DNA of 64,000 nt from a virus. Taxonomy: Duplodnaviria > Heunggongvirae > Uroviricota > Caudoviricetes. The stretch spans positions 10,351 to 74,350 of the IMG/VR virus record IMGVR_UViG_3300032086_002076. One strand, 5' to 3'. Below are positions 9,572 to 18,541 of the stretch, piece after piece (the stretch's first letter is position 1; the number at the start of each line of letters is the position of its first letter). The notes under the pieces are model-generated. The model saw only the letters and a list, made by a program, of their open reading frames with translations. It ran no database searches and was not told the DNA's origin. The translations under genes and the position numbers were made by a program.

Positions 9572-9814
9572 TTAATGCAGTCTTTTTAATTCTTCTTGTA
9601 ATTCTTTTATTTTGTTTTCTGTGGCTCTTTTCCAAGCTTTTGTTACATCCATATAAGGGAAATTATAACGATTAACCCCGTAGAATTCAGGTTTACCTCC
9701 TCTTTTACGAGAGTATATCATAATATTGTTTTTATCTTTCATTCCATAGATGATACTTTCACCATCTAAAGATTGAGCTACAATAGTTAATCTTATTCCG
9801 CCAATTACTTTCAT
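9572..9814 (-). CDS. hypothetical protein
   Basis: 80-aa ORF. Confidence 0.4.
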   Translation of the reverse strand: MKVIGGIRLTIVAQSLDGESIIYGMKDKNNIMIYSRKRGGKPEFYGVNRYNFPYMDVTKAWKRATENKIKELQEELKRLH

Positions 9815-10065
9815 TTTTTAACCTTCCTATTTTTACGTTGATTTTTCATTATTAATTCAAAAGCATCAATACTTAATTCATCCACTTGATATAGTGGTGG
9901 TAAAACTTCATAGTCTAAAGCTTCTAATTCTTTTGTATTATCTTTGATATCCTTAACAGGACTACTACTAGCAAAAGTAAACATTTTTTCTACTACCTTT
10001 CAATTAATATTCTCAATAGTCCTAGTCTAATTCAAGAATAAGACTATTGCAACTACTAACTGTAA

Positions 10066-10158
10066 TTATTTTGATTGCCAAATATTATGCTTTTCTCTTC
10101 TGTTCTTTCTGAGATTCTTAGCTTGTTTTCTTTCTTGCTTGGTTAATCGTTTTTGCAT
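10066..10158 (-). CDS. very small basic ORF (30 aa, MQKRLTKQERKQAKNLRKNRREKHNIWQSK)
   Basis: Preceded by the conserved actcactca UTR motif plus RBS aaagg; too short for the ORF track. Confidence 0.25.
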   Translation of the reverse strand: MQKRLTKQERKQAKNLRKNRREKHNIWQSK

Positions 10159-10215
10159 TGTTTTATACCTTTGTTTGTGAGTGAGTGTTAATAATAGTCG
10201 ATTTAGTTCTTAAAA

Positions 10216-10800
10216 TCAAGCTCTAAATATAATATTTCCTTCTAAAAGTTCATTATTAATTTTGTACCTTAATTCTTCTTTTCTTCTATGAAGATGTATA
10301 CTTAAACCTCCTAGTTTTTTACTTTCTTTCTCGATATCTTTTAATTCTTCTATTTCCTCAGTTAGTCCTAAAAACTCAGCAACAACAATTAAAGCTTCTG
10401 TATGCTGGTTGTTCTCTGTTAACTCTTCATATTCTTTAATCATTTCGTTAAAATACTTTGTTACGGGCTTTGTCGTGATATTTTCATTACTAGAATCTTC
10501 TAACAATGAAGCAGTAGATAAATCAGTAAAATCTAAAGACAATTCATCATTCAAAGCTTTCTCGACAAGTTTTTTATCTATCTTATTTGTAATAGTATTA
10601 ACAACTCTCTGAAAAATACACTTATTTTCTAGAATCATTTCATATACAAAAACCGGTGTATAATCTTCAAATAAGTCATTGATATTATCACTAACAAAAT
10701 TTAACAATTCCTCTCTTGATAATTCTTTGAAATTATCTGGTAACTGTTTAGTTAGATAAATATCAGAAGAAAATTGGGTTAATCTAGTATCTAAATCCAT
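10216..10800 (-). CDS. hypothetical acidic protein
   Basis: 194-aa ORF whose UTR contains actcactcataaacaaaagg. Confidence 0.5.
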   Translation of the reverse strand: MDLDTRLTQFSSDIYLTKQLPDNFKELSREELLNFVSDNINDLFEDYTPVFVYEMILENKCIFQRVVNTITNKIDKKLVEKALNDELSLDFTDLSTASLLEDSSNENITTKPVTKYFNEMIKEYEELTENNQHTEALIVVAEFLGLTEEIEELKDIEKESKKLGGLSIHLHRRKEELRYKINNELLEGNIIFRA

Positions 10801-10833
10801 TATCTTATCCTTTTGTTTATGAGTGAGTTAGAA

Positions 10834-11283
10834 CTATAAACCTAACTTAGTCTCAATGTCAAGACATTTAATAGGTAATAATTCATTATTTCTATGTAAT
10901 TCTACTAACTTAGTTTTTAACTTAGATATGATATTATCAAACCTTTTTATTACTTTTTGTTGGTCGCCTTTTATAGTTGTTGTTCTAATCTTTACATTCT
11001 TACAGTAATGATATGGGTTATCAGATTTAACACCACTAATGAAAGGTTTGAAATCGAATTCAAAAGTTTTAGAATCATTATTATAGTAGATAATACCTAC
11101 TGTTCTAATAATATCATTGTGTTCGATACCATTGTCGAACTCTTCCCTGTTTTTACCTAGTGTGATACCTACACATAATCCTTTACCTAAAGCAGACTTA
11201 TTAAAGTATATTCCACTTTCTGGAAAATGTTTATAAAATATTTTTTCTAGGTCTGTTTTAAATAGTTCTAGTAAATTAATCAT
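10834..11283 (-). CDS. hypothetical protein
   Basis: 149-aa ORF. Confidence 0.5.
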   Translation of the reverse strand: MINLLELFKTDLEKIFYKHFPESGIYFNKSALGKGLCVGITLGKNREEFDNGIEHNDIIRTVGIIYYNNDSKTFEFDFKPFISGVKSDNPYHYCKNVKIRTTTIKGDQQKVIKRFDNIISKLKTKLVELHRNNELLPIKCLDIETKLGL

Positions 11284-11349
11284 AATTTAAATTCTCGTTA
11301 TGTTTGAATGAAATTAGATATTAATACTTATAAAACTATTAGTCAACAA

Positions 11350-11625
11350 CTAAATATAACCTTTTGCTAATTCTTTTAAATAGTTGACATCAGAATCCTT
11401 ATGCAATACAATGCTGTCGCCTAAATACAAACTGTAAGAAAAGCCTCCTATTACTTTTTTAATGTAGAAGTAGGTTTTACCATGTTTGCTGTTAACTGTG
11501 CCAGTGAACTTTGTTCCGTCTCTTTTGTTGTTTCTACTCCAAGAGATGTTTAGTTTTTGTTTGTCTTTTGTTTCTGTGACTTGGTTGTCATTGGTGTTTC
11601 TTTGTGTGTTAATTTTTTGAGTCAT
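11350..11625 (-). CDS. hypothetical protein
   Basis: 91-aa ORF. Confidence 0.45.
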   Translation of the reverse strand: MTQKINTQRNTNDNQVTETKDKQKLNISWSRNNKRDGTKFTGTVNSKHGKTYFYIKKVIGGFSYSLYLGDSIVLHKDSDVNYLKELAKGYI

Positions 11626-11736
11626 TTAAAATTAATCTCCTATACTACAGGTTTTTGTGAAACTCTATAAATAGAGACCTCTCGTGATATTTCACACTAT
11701 TGAGACCTCTCGTGATATTTTCAATTTATAAAAATA

Positions 11737-12156
11737 TTAATCTATATCCCAGAAAGCTTTAAATACTTCATCTGTATCCTCTTTTGTTTCAAATAACATA
11801 CCTTTTTCAAAAAGTTCACGATGAGGAGTATAAAATGAATTATAACTTAAGATAGTTGTACCTACATAATTTACAAGATACACTAGTTGACCATTCACAG
11901 GTTCTTTTGCCATACCTGCTGGTATCTCTTTTTGTTTTAATAACCTAGTAGGTTTAATTACTTTATAATCTTTAAAAGATTTTGTAAAAGAAAGAGTATT
12001 ACTATCTTCACTAAAACCAAAAAGTACTATTTTATAACCTTCAACAAACATTTTTATTAATTTTATATTTTCCCTAGGAACACCTAGTCTATTAACAATA
12101 GTTGTTTCCCCTAGAATATCTAACAACCTTTTCCACTCTTCTCTAGTATAACTCAT
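11737..12156 (-). CDS. hypothetical protein
   Basis: 139-aa ORF. Confidence 0.5.
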   Translation of the reverse strand: MSYTREEWKRLLDILGETTIVNRLGVPRENIKLIKMFVEGYKIVLFGFSEDSNTLSFTKSFKDYKVIKPTRLLKQKEIPAGMAKEPVNGQLVYLVNYVGTTILSYNSFYTPHRELFEKGMLFETKEDTDEVFKAFWDID

Positions 12157-12198
12157 TTAATTTCTCCTATTCGGTTAAGTGTTTAAATTATAGTTTAA

Positions 12199-14361
12199 TT
12201 ACTCTTCTATAGCAAGAACTTTGTTAACTAATTCTATATAATGTTTCTTATCATTATAACTGTACAAAGAATCATTATAAATTAAAGGAAAGTTCTCTTT
12301 AAAGAAATCCTCTTCTTTATTTAAAATTTCTGTGTACTTATCAGCATAGAAACCTAAGTAGTAATTCATTTTAGCATTAGGTCTTATACCAATCCTATTA
12401 GCTAGATAAAGAGTAGAGTTATTCTTAAAAATCTCAAACTTATCTAAGTTTTTTCTATAGTTAATACTGTATATTTTATCATCCTTTAAAGAAGTACTTA
12501 AGCTTTCATTTAATAAGATATCTTCAATAATAGAAGGACAAGTATTACTTAGTGCTCCATATTTTGCAATTTTCTTTATATATTTAGTTTTTAATTTAGG
12601 TTCTAGAAACTTACTAAGCTCTTCTATAGTGATTTCCTTTAAGCCTTCCGGTATATATTTCTTAGCTACACTTGAGCGTAACAGGTATAAACTATCTTTG
12701 TCTACAAAACCAGAATTAATTAAGTTTTTACAAAAAGTATAAGTATTAAGGTACTCTCTATCACCTAGTTTGAAATTCTTTCTAAACATCTTAAGATAAT
12801 AACCTTTTGTGTCAGAAGGTATACTGTTTTTTGATTCAATATTTATATCATAATCTTTACCGTATTTATAAGTTTCAACCTTGAAAAGTCCTGATAGTTT
12901 AACGTACTCTCTTTTAACTTTAGGGAAGTAACTTTCATAATTATCTTTAACACTAATTACAGTTACAAAACCACAATATTTTTCTAAAACATCTACAACG
13001 TTTTGAGTACTAGTTAGTACGACATAAATACTACCACTTTTTTCAGAATACTCTTTAGCAAACTTGATACCTCCTTGTCCTCTATCATTAAAAACAACAT
13101 TTACTACGTCTTTGTTGTGTTTGTTTAATAAGGTTAAATCTAGTAGGCTCTTTAGGTGGTCAGTAGTATCCCATCTGCTTTTTCTTATATACCTTACCTT
13201 TCTGTTTAAGTCGTCTTCTTCAATCTTCTCTTGTAGATTAAGAGATAAACTTTTACCTTTAAACTGTAACCATTTAGGGTATACAAAATATTGTGTGGGT
13301 ATTTCTTTCCCTTCTTCCTCTAAAGTCTTTAATTCTTTTTCAGAAGGTTTTCTGTACTCGTAGTTATTTTCTGTTTTTAAATAGTAACTCTCTCTAAGTT
13401 TTAGGAAAACTTCACTTAAATCTTTACAATCGTCTATTTCTTTCTGGATAATTTTTTTATAACTATCTTTAATTTCAGAAACTCTCTCTGTGATAGCTTT
13501 TGTAGTTTCTTCATCCATAGATAAAGTCTCTCTACTAGCAGCTACCGATAAATCTCCAAGTTCAAAAGGTAAGATAATATTTGTTTTATGTACCTTAAGT
13601 AGGTTTGATTTCAACGGTTCAATAAAATCATTAGAAACTCTATAACAAACTCCCCCCATAGAAGCGTATACACTAGATTGCCAGATACTTTCATCTTTGT
13701 GTAAGATGTATTTACCTTTATCCACTAGTACTACGTTTTCTAGTTCTTCTCTCATATCACTACTATTCTCAACATTCACAGGATAGTTAAAATATTTTAA
13801 GAAGTTAAAAGTTTCTTTGTAAAAAGTACTGTGGTCTACAGAACTAATATGTAACTTAACCTCTAAACCTGTAGGTTCATCACTAGGTAAGCTAATAAGT
13901 TTAGTGACATTAGGTATACCATTCTCTAAATGTACAGTATATTGCGATTCTACACCATCAAACCAAGAGGTTACAGTGAAACTATCTGTATAAGAGAAGG
14001 GACTCTTACAACCAATACCTTTAGCCCCTACATAATCATTAGATTCTCTCTTAGTAGAGTGACCAAACCTTAAATATCTCTGCATAACATCTTTTTCAGA
14101 CATACCTACGCCATAGTCTCTTACAGACCACCAAGGTTGTAGTGTATTAGGTACATTAATCTTAATAGGTGTTTCTTCACCTTTTTCTACTTGGGAATCT
14201 TTAGCATTACATATGATTTCCCTTACGATGGCTTGTTCCTTATCTTCATAAATACCATCAAATAACAGTTTAAACATTTCAGGAGTCATTTCAATAGATG
14301 CTTGACTTACATCTAAATTACTACTTTTGATAACTTCTTCATATTTTGTGTTCTCAATCAT
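12199..14361 (-). CDS. GHKL-superfamily (HATPase_c; Hsp90/MutL/MORC-like) ATPase, 720 aa
   Basis: N-box REIICNAKDS, G1 box RDYGVGMSEKDV, G2 box GAKGIGCKSPFSYTDSFTV, all in the N-terminal 150 aa. No TOPRIM or recognisable partner domain was seen. Confidence 0.55.
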   Translation of the reverse strand: MIENTKYEEVIKSSNLDVSQASIEMTPEMFKLLFDGIYEDKEQAIVREIICNAKDSQVEKGEETPIKINVPNTLQPWWSVRDYGVGMSEKDVMQRYLRFGHSTKRESNDYVGAKGIGCKSPFSYTDSFTVTSWFDGVESQYTVHLENGIPNVTKLISLPSDEPTGLEVKLHISSVDHSTFYKETFNFLKYFNYPVNVENSSDMREELENVVLVDKGKYILHKDESIWQSSVYASMGGVCYRVSNDFIEPLKSNLLKVHKTNIILPFELGDLSVAASRETLSMDEETTKAITERVSEIKDSYKKIIQKEIDDCKDLSEVFLKLRESYYLKTENNYEYRKPSEKELKTLEEEGKEIPTQYFVYPKWLQFKGKSLSLNLQEKIEEDDLNRKVRYIRKSRWDTTDHLKSLLDLTLLNKHNKDVVNVVFNDRGQGGIKFAKEYSEKSGSIYVVLTSTQNVVDVLEKYCGFVTVISVKDNYESYFPKVKREYVKLSGLFKVETYKYGKDYDINIESKNSIPSDTKGYYLKMFRKNFKLGDREYLNTYTFCKNLINSGFVDKDSLYLLRSSVAKKYIPEGLKEITIEELSKFLEPKLKTKYIKKIAKYGALSNTCPSIIEDILLNESLSTSLKDDKIYSINYRKNLDKFEIFKNNSTLYLANRIGIRPNAKMNYYLGFYADKYTEILNKEEDFFKENFPLIYNDSLYSYNDKKHYIELVNKVLAIEE

Positions 14362-14530
14362 GTATATTTCCTCGTTTTGTTAATATGAGTGAATATTAAT
14401 ATAAATAATCACCTCTGTCAACTAAGAATCACTAAAAATCTACTTATTCTATTAAATATTCTATTTAGTTATTAAAAAATACATTAATAATAACTTAATA
14501 ATTAATTTTAAATTATTTTCAAGTGTTTGC

Positions 14531-14559
14531 TTGACAGTATTAAAAATCCATGCTACCCT
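14531..14559 (+). promoter_or_regulatory. TTGACA-N17-TACCCT element, copy 2, in the divergent intergenic region upstream of 14777
   Basis: Sequence gcTTGACAgtattaaaaatccatgcTACCCT, with the same core as at 3581. Confidence 0.4.
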
Positions 14560-14776
14560 TAGACTCCTATTTCTCAGGAGAGATAGTTCAGAGGTACTTA
14601 TAGTTTATTTAAAAGGGTTTATATAGAAACTTTTCAGTCACTAACAGGTTACTTAAAAGATAAAATCCTTTTTTAGAAGGATTGTTTGGTTAGTAATTCT
14701 ATTTTATAGTTTACTTTAGAGTTATTATATAGTACCTTATAAATACCTTATAAGTATACACAAGAGGAAAATTATA

Positions 14777-15487
14777 ATGCTTTTAATAAGTAAATTCAAT
14801 GATTATTATGATAGCTGTATAGGTTATGGTGTAGATAAGAGTGTAGTGTATAAAAGGGAGACTGAGGAAGGTAGATTAGATAATCCTAGTGTTATATCTA
14901 GTACTTTAAGAAGTTTTTACCAAATAGAATATAGTTACTCTAGTGATAGATTAAAGAGAGATTGGAGAGGTTTTAGTGTTTTAAGCTTCTGTGGTAAACC
15001 TTACGTTTTCTATACAAAAGAATGCTATAGTACTACTCATACAGATACTACTAATAAAAATAGGTGCTTATATACTTTAGAGGAATTGATAGAGTATTTC
15101 AATAAAAATGATAATAATAGTTACTCTCACATGGTTAGCTACAACTACGCTGTAAGAAATTTTAAAATATTACAACAAGATAGAACTGATTACTTACCTT
15201 TACATTTTAAATACAATTCACCAATATTACTGTTTGGTCATGAAGCAAATAAGATAGATAGTATCTATAGAGATGGTAGTGATATGATTATTAATCCTCG
15301 TCTTAAAGACATAGGGTTTCAAAAGAAAGTAGACCCTTACACTGCTTTCCAAGAGATTTCAATGTTCATTAGTGGTGTTTTAGGTAGTACTGAGAAAGAA
15401 ACTGTAAATATCTCAGATAAAGACTTGCGTGATGCTAAAGGTTTTGATAAGATGTCTTTCAAGAAATATCCAACCAAGAGGAAATAA
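14777..15487 (+). CDS. hypothetical protein
   Basis: 236-aa ORF, first gene of the plus-strand block. Confidence 0.55.
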   Translation: MLLISKFNDYYDSCIGYGVDKSVVYKRETEEGRLDNPSVISSTLRSFYQIEYSYSSDRLKRDWRGFSVLSFCGKPYVFYTKECYSTTHTDTTNKNRCLYTLEELIEYFNKNDNNSYSHMVSYNYAVRNFKILQQDRTDYLPLHFKYNSPILLFGHEANKIDSIYRDGSDMIINPRLKDIGFQKKVDPYTAFQEISMFISGVLGSTEKETVNISDKDLRDAKGFDKMSFKKYPTKRK

Positions 15488-15489
15488 GT

Positions 15490-15738
15490 ATGAGTATACA
15501 TCCAAACTATGATAAAGAGGAAGGTCGTTGGAAAAACAATGATAAAGTGAATCAATTTGTTGATGATGTTTTAGATATCTGGGAGGAAGGTGTGTCTAGA
15601 AGTTTCAACACCCAAACAGACCCATTTCTTGGCAATGAAGGTAATCAATTAAAACAGAATTATATAACTAAGAATAAATCGGAACTTATTAATTTAGCTA
15701 AAGATTTCTTAACTGAGGAGGGTTACAAAATTGCCTAA
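15490..15738 (+). CDS. hypothetical protein
   Basis: 82-aa ORF, tightly packed against its neighbour. Confidence 0.45.
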   Translation: MSIHPNYDKEEGRWKNNDKVNQFVDDVLDIWEEGVSRSFNTQTDPFLGNEGNQLKQNYITKNKSELINLAKDFLTEEGYKIA

Positions 15739-15813
15739 ACTAACAGAAGAAGATATTCAGAAAGAATTGGATAAGATATTTGATAAAGAACTTAAAGAGG
15801 AGAACTCCAAAAA

Positions 15814-16104
15814 ATGCAAGAAGAACAAGTGGAAAAGTGTGAAAAGAAGTATTTCAGTGGAAGTCTCCCCCTAGCCTTAGTCTTTTTTGGTAAAGCTATA
15901 GAGATTCATTCTGAGTTTCTATCAGTTATTAATAAGAAAGGCGGTTTAGAATTAGTGTCTATAACAGGTGTTAATTCTTTCACTGGTCAATACTATGACT
16001 TTACAGATATGATAAAAGGAGATACAAAACTTGAAAAGTTTATTATACAAACTATTGCTCATAATTACTCTAACATCGACGACACTTCTTGGTGGGAATC
16101 TTAA
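15814..16104 (+). CDS. hypothetical protein
   Basis: 96-aa ORF with RBS gaggag; its 3' end overlaps the next ORF, so one of the two start sites is probably mis-set. Confidence 0.4.
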   Translation: MQEEQVEKCEKKYFSGSLPLALVFFGKAIEIHSEFLSVINKKGGLELVSITGVNSFTGQYYDFTDMIKGDTKLEKFIIQTIAHNYSNIDDTSWWES

Positions 16105-16555
16105 CGAGAAAACTACTTGTAAAGTAATGAACTTGTTTGATGCAGAACAAAAAGAGGTTATCCAGAACTCTTATAGATATGGTAAATCTATGAACCTAGG
16201 TCACACACTAGCAGCGATATCTATAGTAGAAAGTAGTGCTGGTAAGCAGAAGACTAGGTTTAGAAATGATGCTTCCTTTGGACATTATCATATCTTACTA
16301 AAGACAGCCTTTAAAAGGTTAGGTGCTGATACAGAAGATGAACAGATACAAATAGTGTTAAGGCTATACTATGACCAAAGATACGGAGCTAATTTAGCTA
16401 TAACAGAGCTTCTTTATTGGAAACAAAGACACTATGGTGATTGGAAAAAGATGGTAGCCTCTTATAATGCTGGTAATTCTTGGGAAAATGGCAAAAATTA
16501 TGTTGACAAAGTAAGTTACTATGTATTAGAATTACAACATTGCAAACTAGATTAG
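16031..16555 (+). CDS. lytic transglycosylase, SLT domain (possible signal peptide if the upstream start is used)
   Basis: ES..(AISIVESSAG), GHYHI in the place of GLMQ, and AYNAG-like motif ASYNAGNSW. Confidence 0.55.
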   Translation: MKSLLYKLLLIITLTSTTLLGGNLNEKTTCKVMNLFDAEQKEVIQNSYRYGKSMNLGHTLAAISIVESSAGKQKTRFRNDASFGHYHILLKTAFKRLGADTEDEQIQIVLRLYYDQRYGANLAITELLYWKQRHYGDWKKMVASYNAGNSWENGKNYVDKVSYYVLELQHCKLD

Positions 16556-16567
16556 ATAGAGGTTACT

Positions 16568-16789
16568 ATGAAAAAACTTACAATGTTATTAGTTTTAATA
16601 TTTTTAACAGGTTGTTCTCAAACCGTCAATTTCAGCCAAATTAAAAGAGCAGAGTTTTTCTGTAAAGATAAATTTGGAATATCAAAAATTGATATTGACA
16701 AGTTGGGTGCTAAGGTGTACTGTGTTAATGGAGAGAGTGAATTTGTAAGAAAAATAATTTTAAGAGGTGGGGTTGATGAACAAGATTAA
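16568..16789 (+). CDS. small lipoprotein (lipobox LTGC)
   Basis: MKKLTMLLVLIFLTGCSQ signal plus lipobox; may be a spanin-type lysis accessory. Confidence 0.5.
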   Translation: MKKLTMLLVLIFLTGCSQTVNFSQIKRAEFFCKDKFGISKIDIDKLGAKVYCVNGESEFVRKIILRGGVDEQD

Positions 16790-17042
16790 AGATTATTTAG
16801 AAAACACAATCAGTTTATTATTAGTTGTATTTCTTGTTATTTTAATGGGTGGGTGTGATAATCCTGAAGACACACCAGTATATAAAAAGAATATAAAATT
16901 GGTAGGTAAAACTTGTGAAGTAGCAGGTTCTTTAGTTGCTGTTACAGAGTATAACCCTTATAACAGAACTTATATCGTTGTTTCTCCAAAAACAGGACGT
17001 ATCGCTGGAATTCACCCTACACAGTTAAAAAATTGTACTTGA
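16767..17042 (+). CDS. small lipoprotein (lipobox MGGC)
   Basis: Hydrophobic signal ending LMGGCDN; overlaps the previous gene, an Rz/Rz1-like arrangement. Confidence 0.45.
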   Translation: MGLMNKIKDYLENTISLLLVVFLVILMGGCDNPEDTPVYKKNIKLVGKTCEVAGSLVAVTEYNPYNRTYIVVSPKTGRIAGIHPTQLKNCT

Positions 17043-17048
17043 TATACT

Positions 17049-17510
17049 ATGAGACATATAAAAGGATATAAAGGGTTGTATAATATTTTACCTTGTGGTA
17101 AGATACTAAACTCTAAAGGAGAAGAACTAAGTACTGCTGTAAGAGATGGTTACCTAAGAGTCTGTCTCTACAAGAAAGGTAAGAGAAAGTTTCACAGTGT
17201 ACATGTGTTAGTAGCACACAATTACCTAACTAACAGGAATAAGTTACCTGTAGTTAATCATAAAGACGGTGATAGAAGTAATTGTCACAAAGATAATTTA
17301 GAGTATGTTACTCAGTCTGATAATGTTAAACACGGTTTTAAGAATGGTAGAAATAAGAAAAGAAAGAAATATTGTCCAAAAGTTGTTGACAAGGCTACCA
17401 AACTTAAGTATAATGATGGTTATTCGCTAAGGGAGATTTCAAGTAAATTAGAAGTTAACCTTAATACAATTAGAACATGGTTCAGGAGGTTAGAAAATGC
17501 AACACTTTGA
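17049..17510 (+). CDS. HNH homing endonuclease
   Basis: VNHKDGDRSNCHKDNLEYVTQSDNVKHG is a classic HNH motif; the gene is free-standing. Confidence 0.7.
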   Translation: MRHIKGYKGLYNILPCGKILNSKGEELSTAVRDGYLRVCLYKKGKRKFHSVHVLVAHNYLTNRNKLPVVNHKDGDRSNCHKDNLEYVTQSDNVKHGFKNGRNKKRKKYCPKVVDKATKLKYNDGYSLREISSKLEVNLNTIRTWFRRLENATL

Positions 17511-17703
17511 AATATTCGATATACCAGTACTTTTCATATTAGCTTTGTTTTGGTTATTTTTGTTCGGGTTCGAGAACTTTTATACAAGAGTAACAGCAAT
17601 GGTACATGGTTTTGGTACTACACAAAACAAGATATCTGTATTCGTAGATTGGTTAAGTTTAACAGTATTCATTTACTATATCATTCACTTTAATAGTAAT
17701 TAA
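17497..17703 (+). CDS. small hydrophobic membrane protein
   Basis: 68-aa ORF with two predicted TM segments. Confidence 0.4.
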   Translation: MQHFEIFDIPVLFILALFWLFLFGFENFYTRVTAMVHGFGTTQNKISVFVDWLSLTVFIYYIIHFNSN

Positions 17704-17768
17704 AATATAAAGGTTCATTACAGCAAACATTAAATTTTTTGTGGAAAAAAACTAAATATGAACCTGAT
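17704..17768 (+). repeat. conserved hairpin element, copy A (aaaGGTTCATtacagcaa ... taaatATGAACCtga)
   Basis: 8-bp inverted repeat AGGTTCAT/ATGAACCT enclosing about 40 nt. It lies directly after a stop codon; conserved flanks are shared with copies B and C. Confidence 0.6.
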
Positions 17769-17775
17769 AATGATT

Positions 17776-17960
17776 GCGCCCTTGTATATGGCAAAGCAAT
17801 TTAAACAGATAAATTATATACAATTAAAGATTGTTTTACAGCAAAAAAATTCAAGGCAACTCTGGGGACAAAGGTTCGATTCCTTTACTCTGTCAACTGA
17901 CGGAGTTCGTCTAGCGGTAGGACACCAGACAAATGAAAAGATAACAATCTGTTAGGAGGT
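17776..17960 (+). ncRNA. candidate structured ncRNA with a tRNA-like T-arm and D-arm-like segment (Y-RNA-like?)
   Basis: 190-nt ORF-free gap containing the T-arm aaaggTTCGATTccttt (17870-17886), the hairpin actctgtcaactgacggagt, and the D-arm-like gtctagcGGtaggac. It cannot be folded as a canonical tRNA. Confidence 0.3.
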
Positions 17961-17964
17961 TTAT

Positions 17965-18267
17965 ATGAAAATTAAGGTTAAAATAGTAGTAGGTAATAAT
18001 GCAAGAGTTAAGAGAATAATTCTTTGGAGAGAAGTTTTTGGTTTAACTCTAAAAGAAGCTAAAGCGTTTGATGATTCTAATATTGAAAATTCTTTTACAG
18101 ATTTTGCCGAGGTACATTTATCTTGTTTAGTTAGTGATACACAGTTAGGTAGATTAATCGCTCTTAGGAGAGAAAAGGAGTATGCAAAGATAGATGTCTC
18201 TATATACACTATAGATATTTATAACAGAGATAATATATTAGATTTATCAGGAGGAAGCTATGAGTAA
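17965..18267 (+). CDS. ribosomal protein bL12 (L7/L12) C-terminal-domain-like protein
   Basis: KIVVGNNARVKRIILWREVFGLTLKEAKAFDD resembles the bL12 CTD motif [24 protein letters not shown]. Confidence 0.45.
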   Translation: MKIKVKIVVGNNARVKRIILWREVFGLTLKEAKAFDDSNIENSFTDFAEVHLSCLVSDTQLGRLIALRREKEYAKIDVSIYTIDIYNRDNILDLSGGSYE

Positions 18268-18541
18268 AGAAGAAGAAAAAACACATTTTTTAGCTACTGG
18301 AGAAACTAAAGATAATACTTTATACGAGTTTTCTATAGACGAAGGTCACTATTTATATTACAATGGACTATACTATGGTTTTACTGGTAGTATTCTTATG
18401 CTTGATATAGATGAAAGAAAAAAGGTATTAAAGTTCTTAAAAAGTGGTAATTTTAGTCACTGTATAAACCCAGACACACTACTTAAATTAGATAGTGTAA
18501 AAATCTATAAACAAATTATATTGGAGGAAGACGATGAGTAA
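18260..18541 (+). CDS. hypothetical protein
   Basis: 93-aa ORF overlapping its neighbours by a few nt. Confidence 0.45.
   Translation: MSKEEEKTHFLATGETKDNTLYEFSIDEGHYLYYNGLYYGFTGSILMLDIDERKKVLKFLKSGNFSHCINPDTLLKLDSVKIYKQIILEEDDE

Noticed and set aside
13064-13363. 99-aa plus-strand ORF
   Set aside because: It lies entirely inside and antisense to the 720-aa GHKL ATPase gene.
17860-17930. Possible canonical tRNA gene around the TTCGATT T-arm
   Set aside because: No acceptor stem or anticodon arm can be paired, and the distance to the next gene is too short. It is kept only as a tRNA-like ncRNA candidate.
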